Source of the DNA: Candidatus Heimdallarchaeota archaeon
GTDB taxonomy: Archaea > Asgardarchaeota > Heimdallarchaeia > JABLTI01
Length of the DNA stretch: 64,000 nt
Direction of reading: 5' to 3'
Assembly (NCBI GenBank): GCA_019058275.1
Contig: JAHLVW010000083.1
Span: 1 to 64,000, forward strand
Shown here piece after piece: positions 29,370 through 36,922 of this stretch; the first letter of the stretch is position 1; each line of letters opens with the position of its first letter. The notes beneath the pieces were generated by a model. It ran no database searches. It was not told where the DNA came from and saw only the letters and a list, made by a program, of their open reading frames with translations. The translations under genes were made by a program, and so were the position numbers.

Positions 29370-30104
29370 CTAATTTGCTTTAGCAATATCACTTTCTTCT
29401 GTTTCATCTACCTTTTCTGTTTCATCGTCATTTCCTATTTCAGTCATTAATTTTCTTATGTAGAACATTCTTTGGATAGTGGTGATAAATGACAGTAATC
29501 CTACAAGTATAATTGCTAAAATCAACGCGACATTAAACCAATGATAGAGAATGTTACCAATGATCAAGATGATGAGTTTTTCTCTGCGTTCCATAATGCC
29601 TACGCTTTCCATAGTTACTTGAGCAACGCTTTCTCCTCGTGCTCGAGAATAACTAGCGAATATCATACCTGCAAAGCAAAACAAACACCATACACTAACT
29701 GGTATAGCTGATATTCCAGACCAATACTGTTCTAGAGGTTCGAAAGTATAAACGCCAATGGCTATTCCTATTAAAAAACAAAATTCAGCGAATCTATCCA
29801 TAACAGGATCTAATACTCTTCCAAATTTAGTGGTTTTTCCAGTAGCACGTGCAACAGATCCATCAACAACATCAATAAAACCTGTAAAAAACATTAATGC
29901 AAAACCAATTAACCACCAAAATCTAAATTCACCAACACGTCCATTAAATGAATACATTATAGCTGCTGCTATTGCGAATACTCCTGAGATCAATGTAATT
30001 GCATTAGGTGAAATCCCCATTTTGCCAATGAAGTTTCCAAAAGGTTGCATTAGTTTTTTGTAAGAAGATCTTGTTTTTAATTTAAAATTGCGCCATTTTG
30101 ACAT
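29370..30104 (-). CDS. CDP-alcohol phosphatidyltransferase (archaetidylinositol-phosphate-synthase-like)
   Basis: PNAIT; DVVDGSVARATG...FG..LD...DR signature; ASYSRARGE; G.MER.E. Confidence 0.88.
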   Translation of the reverse strand: MSKWRNFKLKTRSSYKKLMQPFGNFIGKMGISPNAITLISGVFAIAAAIMYSFNGRVGEFRFWWLIGFALMFFTGFIDVVDGSVARATGKTTKFGRVLDPVMDRFAEFCFLIGIAIGVYTFEPLEQYWSGISAIPVSVWCLFCFAGMIFASYSRARGESVAQVTMESVGIMERREKLIILIIGNILYHWFNVALILAIILVGLLSFITTIQRMFYIRKLMTEIGNDDETEKVDETEESDIAKAN

Positions 30105-30192
30105 GTATAACCACTGTATTTTGAAATATTTAATAGTGATAAAATATCAGTCTTTAAAATGGTTTCTAATCTTTCAACTTTACAAGTAGTAA

Positions 30193-30530
30193 CAAGAAAA
30201 TCGTGAAGAAATGTTGTCCCCCGACACACTAACACACTAGTATCATAGAGAAGAGTTGTTCTTTCTCAACTGTGTTCTCTCGAGGCGGGAGTGTGTTTAT
30301 CACTTCTTCGGTTTGAAAGCAGCTTAATTGTGTTGGCGACTCGGGTTGACTATTTCCTCATCGCTAAGCTACAAGCTTACGCTAAGAAATGAGCCGTTTA
30401 AAGCCGTCGATATCCAATCAATGCTTTCATGCGAATCCAGTGTGTGCCTGTCCTTGCATCAACGGTCATTGCAAGAAGAATCCAGCTACCGTCAACCCTC
30501 TGGAAAGGCTTAACCTATCATCAGTACTAT
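30193..30530 (-). ncRNA. Free-standing group I intron-like structured RNA
   Basis: GC-enriched intergenic segment. On the minus strand, in order: P1 AGGU/GCCU with a U.G pair, P2, P3 CCGUU, P4 UGCAAG, P5, P4' UUCGCA, R-like UAUCGACGGCU, P3' AACGG, P8, S-like GAGGAAAUAGUC, large P9 domain. Ends are approximate. Confidence 0.6.
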
Positions 30531-30558
30531 ATTATGACAAAAACACTATTAATTTTTT

Positions 30559-30568
30559 TTTATATAAA
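30559..30568 (-). promoter_or_regulatory. Candidate TATA box for the minus-strand structured RNA
   Basis: TTTATATAAA about 30 nt upstream of the start of the structured region. Confidence 0.5.
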
Positions 30569-30613
30569 TGAAAAAAAATGGAGAAATTTTGTGGAGTAAA
30601 ACTAAAAACTAGC

Positions 30614-31168
30614 TTATTCTTGAGATGCTCCACAATTATTGCAAAAACTGTCTCCAGGTTTAATCATTGAACCACAGTATGGACAAAATCCTTGATCTGG
30701 TAAAGATTTATAGGTTTTAGCAATATTAGCTTCATGTTCTGGTAATCCAGAGGAAGAAACTGGTATTACAGCCATTGGTGATTGACCCTTTACTTCTAAA
30801 ACAAAAACATCACCAGTCTCTGGGTCAAAGGAAGCCTTTAGTCTACCTTCAGTTCGTAAATCGACTAGTACTTCTTTTACTTCTTTTTCTTTCATATTTA
30901 GTTCGTTTGCTAATTGCTTCATACTAACTCGTTCATATGATTTTAGTGCCTCTAGCAGTTTTTCTCTATTATATCTATAGGTGAAAATGTTAGAAATTCC
31001 AGCAATTAAAATGATACTGCCTGGAATCAAAAGCCAATATGAACCAGGAATATCTCTACCAAATCTTATTTGGAAAACTAAAGCAACAGTTCCCCATATT
31101 GTTAGTGTTAATCCTATGATTAAGGTCCAGAGATTACCACGACCAATTGATTTCTCAAAGTAACTCAT
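30614..31168 (-). CDS. Two-TM membrane protein with a PCI/wHTH-like domain and a C-terminal zinc ribbon
   Basis: RVSMKQLANELNM....V...L..L..EGRL.A.FD; CPYCG...FCNNCG. Confidence 0.7.
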   Translation of the reverse strand: MSYFEKSIGRGNLWTLIIGLTLTIWGTVALVFQIRFGRDIPGSYWLLIPGSIILIAGISNIFTYRYNREKLLEALKSYERVSMKQLANELNMKEKEVKEVLVDLRTEGRLKASFDPETGDVFVLEVKGQSPMAVIPVSSSGLPEHEANIAKTYKSLPDQGFCPYCGSMIKPGDSFCNNCGASQE

Positions 31169-31248
31169 TAACTTATCAACCTAATTATGTTCTATTTTTA
31201 TCTGGATAATCATTTGATTAAAAGGTATCTAATTAATTTTGAGTAGTT

Positions 31249-31301
31249 GGATTGACCGAAAACCTTGAAAAGCGTATGTGCTGAGAGGCACTGGTTTAAA
31301 T
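31249..31301 (+). other. Possible tRNA-Ser(UGA) remnant (candidate att scar)
   Basis: CTTGAAA anticodon-loop-like, GTGCT-GAGA-GGCAC long variable arm and GGTTTAAAT T-loop-like, 70 nt upstream of the integrase. Confidence 0.35.
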
Positions 31302-31371
31302 AGACGTGTAATATTGAGTTATTTTAACCTTAAACGTAACCTTTATTATTACGAAGATTTATAATTATCTC

Positions 31372-32841
31372 GTGGTAAAAATTATGTCCGAAAAACTAGA
31401 ACAATTCCTAAAAGGATTAAAAAAGAAATCTACTCCATCTTATAACACAAACATTACTAGATATCTAAAATGGAGAAGCATAGATGTTGACCAACTTGTC
31501 GCAAGTGGTTTAAATGAAGATGAACACTTTCAAAAATTTCTATCTGATTCGAAAGTGGCACTCAAAGAAACAAGCAAGAAAACAATTGTTAGCATGGTTA
31601 AAACCTTCATGATTTTTCTTGGAGTTCCATTTAAGAAGCACTATTACAAAAAACAACCACTGGCATTTGAAGACGATATTGTTATGAAGAGATTTCTACG
31701 CAAAGTTGGTGAATCTGAAGGAACAAAAAGAAATGCAAATAGACAGATTGCTAAATACTGTAAATTTAGAAACATGAATCCTTCAGAATTAATTGAAGAA
31801 ACAAAAAATATTTCTGAAGAAGAAGTTGAAGACTACATACACGATTTCGCAGATACAATTAATGCAAAAACAAAATACTATACAATTTCTACTTTACTTC
31901 GATTCTATCGTTTAATAGGAAGAATACACATTGAACTACCAAATCTTACAAGAAAGAATGGTAAGAAATTAATGTTAACAGGTAAAACACTTGTTGATAA
32001 AAATCTTATAAGAAAATTATTAGAAGTTGCCGACTTGCGAGATTCAATGGTAATTATGACCTGTTTTGAATCTGGAATGAACGGTGTAGATATGGTCAGT
32101 TTGAATTACAGCGATCTAAAACCATTTCTAAACATTAGTAATCCAAACGATGTTAATGATGTTGCTGTTATTGTTCACACTAGAACAAAAACTAATGTTG
32201 AATTCCTAGCATGTTTTGGAAAACAGAGCCTGCGACTAATCAGTAAGTGGTTACAAATAGTATCCGCAACACTTGACAAAGAAATAAAAGATGATATGCC
32301 AATTTTTACTCAGAAAGAATTTCCATTTCAACGGTTGAGCAATAAAACAATTTCAAACATTCTAACTAGATTGTGTAATTATAACAATTTAGGATTTCAT
32401 GTCACAACTGCCGATTTTAGAAATAGTTTCAATACACGTGCAAAGAAGATGCTAAAGCACTATGATAAAGAATTAATGATGGGACATGTTGGTGGAATTG
32501 AAAGAGCCTATGATATTTCTGATTTAGAATACTTCAATGAAGAGTATCGTAAAGCATGTGGAATTCTTTTCGACCTAACTTATGATTATGAAAAATTTGA
32601 AGACCTAGAAAGTGAACTACTGCGATTAGGAAATAGAAACAGAGAACTTGAACAAACACTGCTTGGGTTAAAAGAACAGTATGACCCAGTTATTGAGGAT
32701 CTAATCAAGAAAATGGAAGAGCAAACAAAATTAATACAAGAATTACAACAAAATCAATTTGACCAATATCAACAAGAAGAAGCGGAAATGGCACAAGAAT
32801 GGGATGATGAGAAAAAGAGAATTAAAGAGGAAGAAGATTAA
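31372..32841 (+). CDS. Tyrosine recombinase/integrase family protein with non-canonical catalytic residues and a coiled-coil tail
   Basis: Two SAM-like N-terminal units; LRD.......ESGM(N)..D..SL...D; RTKT; ADFR; LMMGH; RAY. Confidence 0.8.
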   Translation: MVKIMSEKLEQFLKGLKKKSTPSYNTNITRYLKWRSIDVDQLVASGLNEDEHFQKFLSDSKVALKETSKKTIVSMVKTFMIFLGVPFKKHYYKKQPLAFEDDIVMKRFLRKVGESEGTKRNANRQIAKYCKFRNMNPSELIEETKNISEEEVEDYIHDFADTINAKTKYYTISTLLRFYRLIGRIHIELPNLTRKNGKKLMLTGKTLVDKNLIRKLLEVADLRDSMVIMTCFESGMNGVDMVSLNYSDLKPFLNISNPNDVNDVAVIVHTRTKTNVEFLACFGKQSLRLISKWLQIVSATLDKEIKDDMPIFTQKEFPFQRLSNKTISNILTRLCNYNNLGFHVTTADFRNSFNTRAKKMLKHYDKELMMGHVGGIERAYDISDLEYFNEEYRKACGILFDLTYDYEKFEDLESELLRLGNRNRELEQTLLGLKEQYDPVIEDLIKKMEEQTKLIQELQQNQFDQYQQEEAEMAQEWDDEKKRIKEEED

Positions 32842-32866
32842 ATTAAACTTCCTCAATTATTATTTT

Positions 32867-33109
32867 TTAAAAAATCTTTCTTCCTTTAATCTTTTTCCTG
32901 AGTTCTTCTGCTCTTCTTTTATCTTCTTCTCTTTGTTTTATTTTTAGATGATTTAAGTAATCATCTTGTTCTTTTGGTTCTTGCATGTTGTTTAATTTAT
33001 CAACATCTTCGTTCTCAATAATGAGAACACACTTTTTAACAGCATTTGTGCCATTATTTTGTTTGTTTTGCTTTTCATAAATATACCAATAAGGCATTGT
33101 CTTTTTCAC
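32867..33109 (-). CDS. Hypothetical protein (element cargo)
   Basis: Short ORF with a GAGGTGA SD; start probably ATG near 33097. Confidence 0.45.
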   Translation of the reverse strand: MKKTMPYWYIYEKQNKQNNGTNAVKKCVLIIENEDVDKLNNMQEPKEQDDYLNHLKIKQREEDKRRAEELRKKIKGRKIF

Positions 33110-33233
33110 CTCAATTTAATTTGTTTGGTGTTTCGACAATGCTCGATTTCTAATTCGTCAACCAACAACTTCACAACTAGTATTTAAGTTTGTATAGTAA
33201 AAGTATCCGCAGATTAGAAAAAGAAATCTTCCA

Positions 33234-33503
33234 CTATTTTTTCCGTTTTCGTTTTGTTAGAAATGTATCAGAATTTTCTGCTTCTAAAACTCTCTTCCTT
33301 TCAAACAATCTCACTGTTTTCTTGTATTTGTTCTGATATTCTTTATCTGCTTGTCCCAATAGTTCATCTATTAGTGCTACAGTCCAACCTCTTTTTAGAA
33401 GTTCAGTTTTCGTGTAATGTGTTAAATCATATTCGAAATGAATTGAATTTACATGTGTTTTTCCGTCATAAAATTTTATTTCTGTATATCTTTTTTCTTT
33501 CAT
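33234..33503 (-). CDS. Small phage/plasmid-type protein (RGWT...LLG.AD motif)
   Basis: YTKTELLKRGWT..LI..LLG.AD....N......LF....V..AE; GAGGAG SD. Confidence 0.6.
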   Translation of the reverse strand: MKEKRYTEIKFYDGKTHVNSIHFEYDLTHYTKTELLKRGWTVALIDELLGQADKEYQNKYKKTVRLFERKRVLEAENSDTFLTKRKRKK

Positions 33504-33530
33504 TTTTTAAACTCTCCTCATTTTTTCTGA

Positions 33531-33710
33531 TTACTCATATTTTTCTCTAACAAGTTTCTTAAGATATTTATTTTCTTTTGTATTTGGAACCGATCACACT
33601 AATCTTAATAATTCTTTGTCAATAATAATTTCTGGGAATTTTTCCTTTAATTCTTTTTCAAGTCTTTTAAGTTTCCTAGACTTCTTATTTTTTTCTTTTA
33701 ATTCACTCAT
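33531..33710 (-). pseudogene. Short ORF with an in-frame TGA at 33594-33596
   Basis: MSELKEKNKKSRKLKRLEKELKEKFPEIIIDKELLRLV*SVPNTKENKYLKKLVREKYE. Fills the gap between co-oriented neighbours. Confidence 0.45.
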
Positions 33711-33713
33711 TTT

Positions 33714-33926
33714 TCATTCCTCTCTTAAATTTTTTATCACTTCATCTACTCTTTCAGATAAATTTTGCAAAAGAAGTTTGACCACTTCTTGTTCTCCTGA
33801 TTCTAATGTATCAAATCGTTTCTCATATCTGAAAACCATTAATCCTTTTATTGTTGGTCTGAATCTCTGAAAGACCCAACTTTCATTTTCTTCCTTTTTC
33901 TTCTTTTTTATTTTTTTCTTCATCAT
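33714..33926 (-). CDS. Hypothetical basic protein (element cargo)
   Basis: Part of ORF 33714-33995. ATG at 33926 follows an AAGGTA SD-like sequence. Confidence 0.4.
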   Translation of the reverse strand: MMKKKIKKKKKEENESWVFQRFRPTIKGLMVFRYEKRFDTLESGEQEVVKLLLQNLSERVDEVIKNLREE

Positions 33927-34201
33927 TTTAATTACCTTACAAGTTAATTTTTGGGAGATCTCACTTGGTTCTCCCAGACCATTTCTCATCCCCAATTTCC
34001 TTTTCCTTGAGGGAGTTTGATTCTTAAAGGAACATCTTAATATCCACCTCTTAAATCTTATCTTTTTTTGAATAAATCAACCATTAATTCTTTAATCAAA
34101 TCATCATTTGTTTAATAAAAAAAATATTTCTTTATTCAACTAAACCTTTATATAATAATGAATCCATTGTTTCTGTGTTGGTGAACCGACAAAAATAAAT
34201 C

Positions 34202-34600
34202 TTGGAGAAAAATGCGATGTCAAAAACAACATCCTCTAAAACAAAGAGCAAGAACACTGCTAAAAAAGCAGGTAACAAATCAACTGGTAAAAAACCAGTC
34301 GATAAAGCAACCAAGAAGAAAGTTGCAAAACCTAAGAAGGAAAAGTTTGTTCCAAAAGTGACAACAAATGATAAAGGTGAAAAGATCGTCACCACTAAAG
34401 GTGGACGAATTTGGACACGCAAGGAAAATATCAAATTCTTTGGTATAGAATTACAACGTGCAAATTCATCTGTAAGCAGACTTCTATTAATGGCTCAATC
34501 CAGCAAAAGTAAACAATCCACAGTAGAATTAGAAAAGTGCAAGGAAATCCTTGAACTACTTGATAAAGCAAAAGACATCTTTAATGGTGTCTTTGCTTAA
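34202..34600 (+). CDS. Small protein with a Lys-rich disordered N-terminus
   Basis: KTTSSKTKSKNTAKKAGNKSTGKKPVDKATKKKVAKPKK; TATA-like CTTTATATAA near 34146; T-tract after the stop. Confidence 0.6.
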   Translation: MEKNAMSKTTSSKTKSKNTAKKAGNKSTGKKPVDKATKKKVAKPKKEKFVPKVTTNDKGEKIVTTKGGRIWTRKENIKFFGIELQRANSSVSRLLLMAQSSKSKQSTVELEKCKEILELLDKAKDIFNGVFA

Positions 34601-34822
34601 TTTTTTCTTTTTCTGTCTTAACCGAGTATTACCTTAGTTTTTTAAATACTTCATACTCATTTTTGTAAGTGGTTTAATGTGGTGCTGATTTAGTTTTAAA
34701 GTAGCGCAATATGCATTGGTATATTTTAACTAGTAAATATTCGATTATTGCTTTACTTTAAAAGCAAAAATCACAAAGTGTTAAACTTGACAGATTTATA
34801 GCAAGGAGTTAATAGAAAAAAT

Positions 34823-35113
34823 ATGACAACTAGACAATCCTTTGATACAACAGTTCCAATGAATACGATCGCAGAAAAAGGGAGAAACAATGAAGGGGCA
34901 GTAGTTAAGAAAAAGATTTCTGCAAAAGATTTCATTAGTATTAGAAAGAAACCACTCTATAAGGGGCAGCTATCTTATATTAAGGACATCCTCTTAGCTG
35001 ACAATCCTGAAATTTCTGCAGATATAGTTTCAGAAAGGTTAGATGTCCCAACTGAGACTGCTAAACTTCTTTTGAATGATTGCAAAACTCATTTTAAAGA
35101 CAATGAAGATTAG
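34823..35113 (+). CDS. Small hypothetical protein, possible HTH
   Basis: ISADIVSERLDVPTETAKLLL; AAGGAG SD. Confidence 0.55.
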   Translation: MTTRQSFDTTVPMNTIAEKGRNNEGAVVKKKISAKDFISIRKKPLYKGQLSYIKDILLADNPEISADIVSERLDVPTETAKLLLNDCKTHFKDNED

Positions 35114-35125
35114 AATTAAAAGTTA

Positions 35126-35145
35126 AGGTGATTAAATAATCACCT
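35126..35145. terminator. Perfect inverted repeat between convergent genes
   Basis: AGGTGATTA-AA-TAATCACCT. Confidence 0.5.
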
Positions 35146-35169
35146 AATACTAATTCTATTTCTATAGAA

Positions 35170-35472
35170 TTATTTTACATCCTTAAGAATTGAATCAATT
35201 TCATCTGTTTTATCCTCTAACACCCATTCGTCTGGGATGAAAATTGCTGCAGATGAAGTAATACGTACTGCTTCCTTTACATCGATATCTAGTTTTTGAA
35301 GATCAATTTCACCAGTCATTTCAGAAGGTCTAAATATCCCACAGTCTGGACAGTACCATCCTGATTTTACATCTTCAGGTCTTGGTTTTTCATCATCTGA
35401 TAATTTCGCAACAACAAAGTTCATTGGGCGTTCACATTCAGGACAAGGAGGGTGTTCAACCATTTTCATCAT
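35170..35472 (-). CDS. Small zinc-ribbon protein
   Basis: CPEC...WYCPDCG. Confidence 0.6.
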   Translation of the reverse strand: MMKMVEHPPCPECERPMNFVVAKLSDDEKPRPEDVKSGWYCPDCGIFRPSEMTGEIDLQKLDIDVKEAVRITSSAAIFIPDEWVLEDKTDEIDSILKDVK

Positions 35473-35520
35473 TACCTAATTCTTTCTCTTTCCTTTTAAA
35501 ATTCTCTTTATGAACATAAC

Positions 35521-36789
35521 TTAATCTAAAACAGTCCTACACATACCAACATAGCCCTTTGCTTCAGCAACTGATTTTTGAAGTAACTTAAGAAGGCTGG
35601 TTTCTTTTGTTTTTTCTGCTTCTTTTAATCCTTTTTGAAATGCATCATTTGCTAGATTAAAGAAATCAAGTGCTTCAGTGTACTTTTCATTATCTAGATT
35701 AAAAATCCCTTGTGATTGATAAAAATGACCGTGGTAGTATTGCATCTGAGCACTCCATCTTACAGCTATAAGCTCATCAACATCTCTTTTTGGATACATC
35801 TCAATAGCTTTTTTCATGGCATTAAATGCAAGCTCGAATTTTCTTGTTGCACCCTTTGCATTATTTTTATTTTTCAGTAATTCATTTGCGTTTGATTCAT
35901 ACATACTGGCTATTAACATATGTGAATAGGCCATTAGCAGTGTTGAATCCTTTGAATCTGATGATAATTTACTCGCACGGGCATAAAGTTTAGAAGCAAA
36001 TTTGCATTTCTCACCACTCTCAGTAAATTTCCCTTCAATAGACAAACGATAAGCTAGTCCCCAGATTTTTGATGCTTTTTCTTTTACTAAAAAGTTCAAC
36101 GTTGTTTTTATAGTATTATTTTGTTCACTTACCCAAATACTATAAGACGGATTATAGTATGTAGCAGTGACAAATAATCTATAGGCGTCTAAATGCTTTC
36201 TCTTTGCTAACCGAATATCCTTTTCAGTTACTGCTTTTTGGCCTTCCAACCTACTAACAAGTCCTTGTGCAAAATTGGTTCTTGCTTTAGCATTATAGAT
36301 TGGAAGTAATTTCTTGATCTTTTCCACTATTTCTACTTCGAGAGTGTATGAATTAATCGCTTCAATTAAATTAGCAATTTGATCATCAAGTTTTGTTCCT
36401 TTCTTAAGTGCTTGACATTCAAATAATCTGCCTTTTGCGAACAGATCGAGTCTCTCAGCTTCTTGTTGAAACTCTATTGTAAAACCAGTGCTCATTCTTT
36501 GAAATCTGGTAATCATTTTGCCTCCTTCACTGTACTCATTTGCAGCACTATTATAGTCGCCTGCACGATATTTCTTTTCTGCACCAATTATTGCAAAAAT
36601 TCCTTGGTACAAGTACAAATAAATTTTGGCTACCGATTCACCAGCTTCATCCTTTGCTTTAAATGTCTTAATAGTGGAATCAATTCTTGTCATAGCATCT
36701 TGTAAATTAGTTCTAAATTCATCGAAAGAAAATAGAGTATAATTCGTATCCGTAGCATTAGAAATCAAATTTGTAATCACCTTGAGCAA
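35521..36789 (-). CDS. Alpha-helical (TPR/SNAP-like) repeat protein
   Basis: Repeated A...Y..A helices; start uncertain. Confidence 0.6.
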   Translation of the reverse strand: MLKVITNLISNATDTNYTLFSFDEFRTNLQDAMTRIDSTIKTFKAKDEAGESVAKIYLYLYQGIFAIIGAEKKYRAGDYNSAANEYSEGGKMITRFQRMSTGFTIEFQQEAERLDLFAKGRLFECQALKKGTKLDDQIANLIEAINSYTLEVEIVEKIKKLLPIYNAKARTNFAQGLVSRLEGQKAVTEKDIRLAKRKHLDAYRLFVTATYYNPSYSIWVSEQNNTIKTTLNFLVKEKASKIWGLAYRLSIEGKFTESGEKCKFASKLYARASKLSSDSKDSTLLMAYSHMLIASMYESNANELLKNKNNAKGATRKFELAFNAMKKAIEMYPKRDVDELIAVRWSAQMQYYHGHFYQSQGIFNLDNEKYTEALDFFNLANDAFQKGLKEAEKTKETSLLKLLQKSVAEAKGYVGMCRTVLD

Positions 36790-36922
36790 TATAAAATATG
36801 TAATATTGTAACTTAAGAAACCTTTGTTTATGATATGATATTTTGTTACTCAAAAATAAAGAAAATAAATTTGAAAATTAGTCTGTATAAATTTTTACTA
36901 ATTTTCAAATCAACAACTGTTA

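Larger units (their letters stand above)
31249..34600. mobile_element. Putative small integrated element or remnant (boundaries uncertain)
   Basis: Tyrosine recombinase, a convergent cluster of short A-rich orphan ORFs and a tRNA-like scar. No matching right-hand direct repeat was found. Confidence 0.45.

Noticed and set aside
30200-30530. RNase P RNA, SRP RNA, tmRNA or hammerhead identity for the structured RNA
   Set aside because: No GAGGAAAGUCC plus ACAGAA..GGCUUA pair in the right order, no SRP helix-8 motif, no tRNA-like acceptor or T arm, and CUGAUGA is not followed by stem II plus GAAA. The group I element order fits better. A covariance search is still needed.
30328-30571. ORF-track ORFs 30328-30513 and 30389-30571
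   Set aside because: Short, atypical composition, no SD, and they overlap the structured RNA.
31329-31356. dif-like site (CTTAAACGTAA-CCTTTA-TTATTACGAAG) before the recombinase
   Set aside because: Weak arm symmetry and no second copy found. AACCTTTATTA is more simply the BRE/TATA promoter of the recombinase gene.
33594-33596. Selenocysteine at the in-frame TGA
   Set aside because: No redox motif context or recognisable SECIS. A GGA to TGA mutation is more parsimonious.
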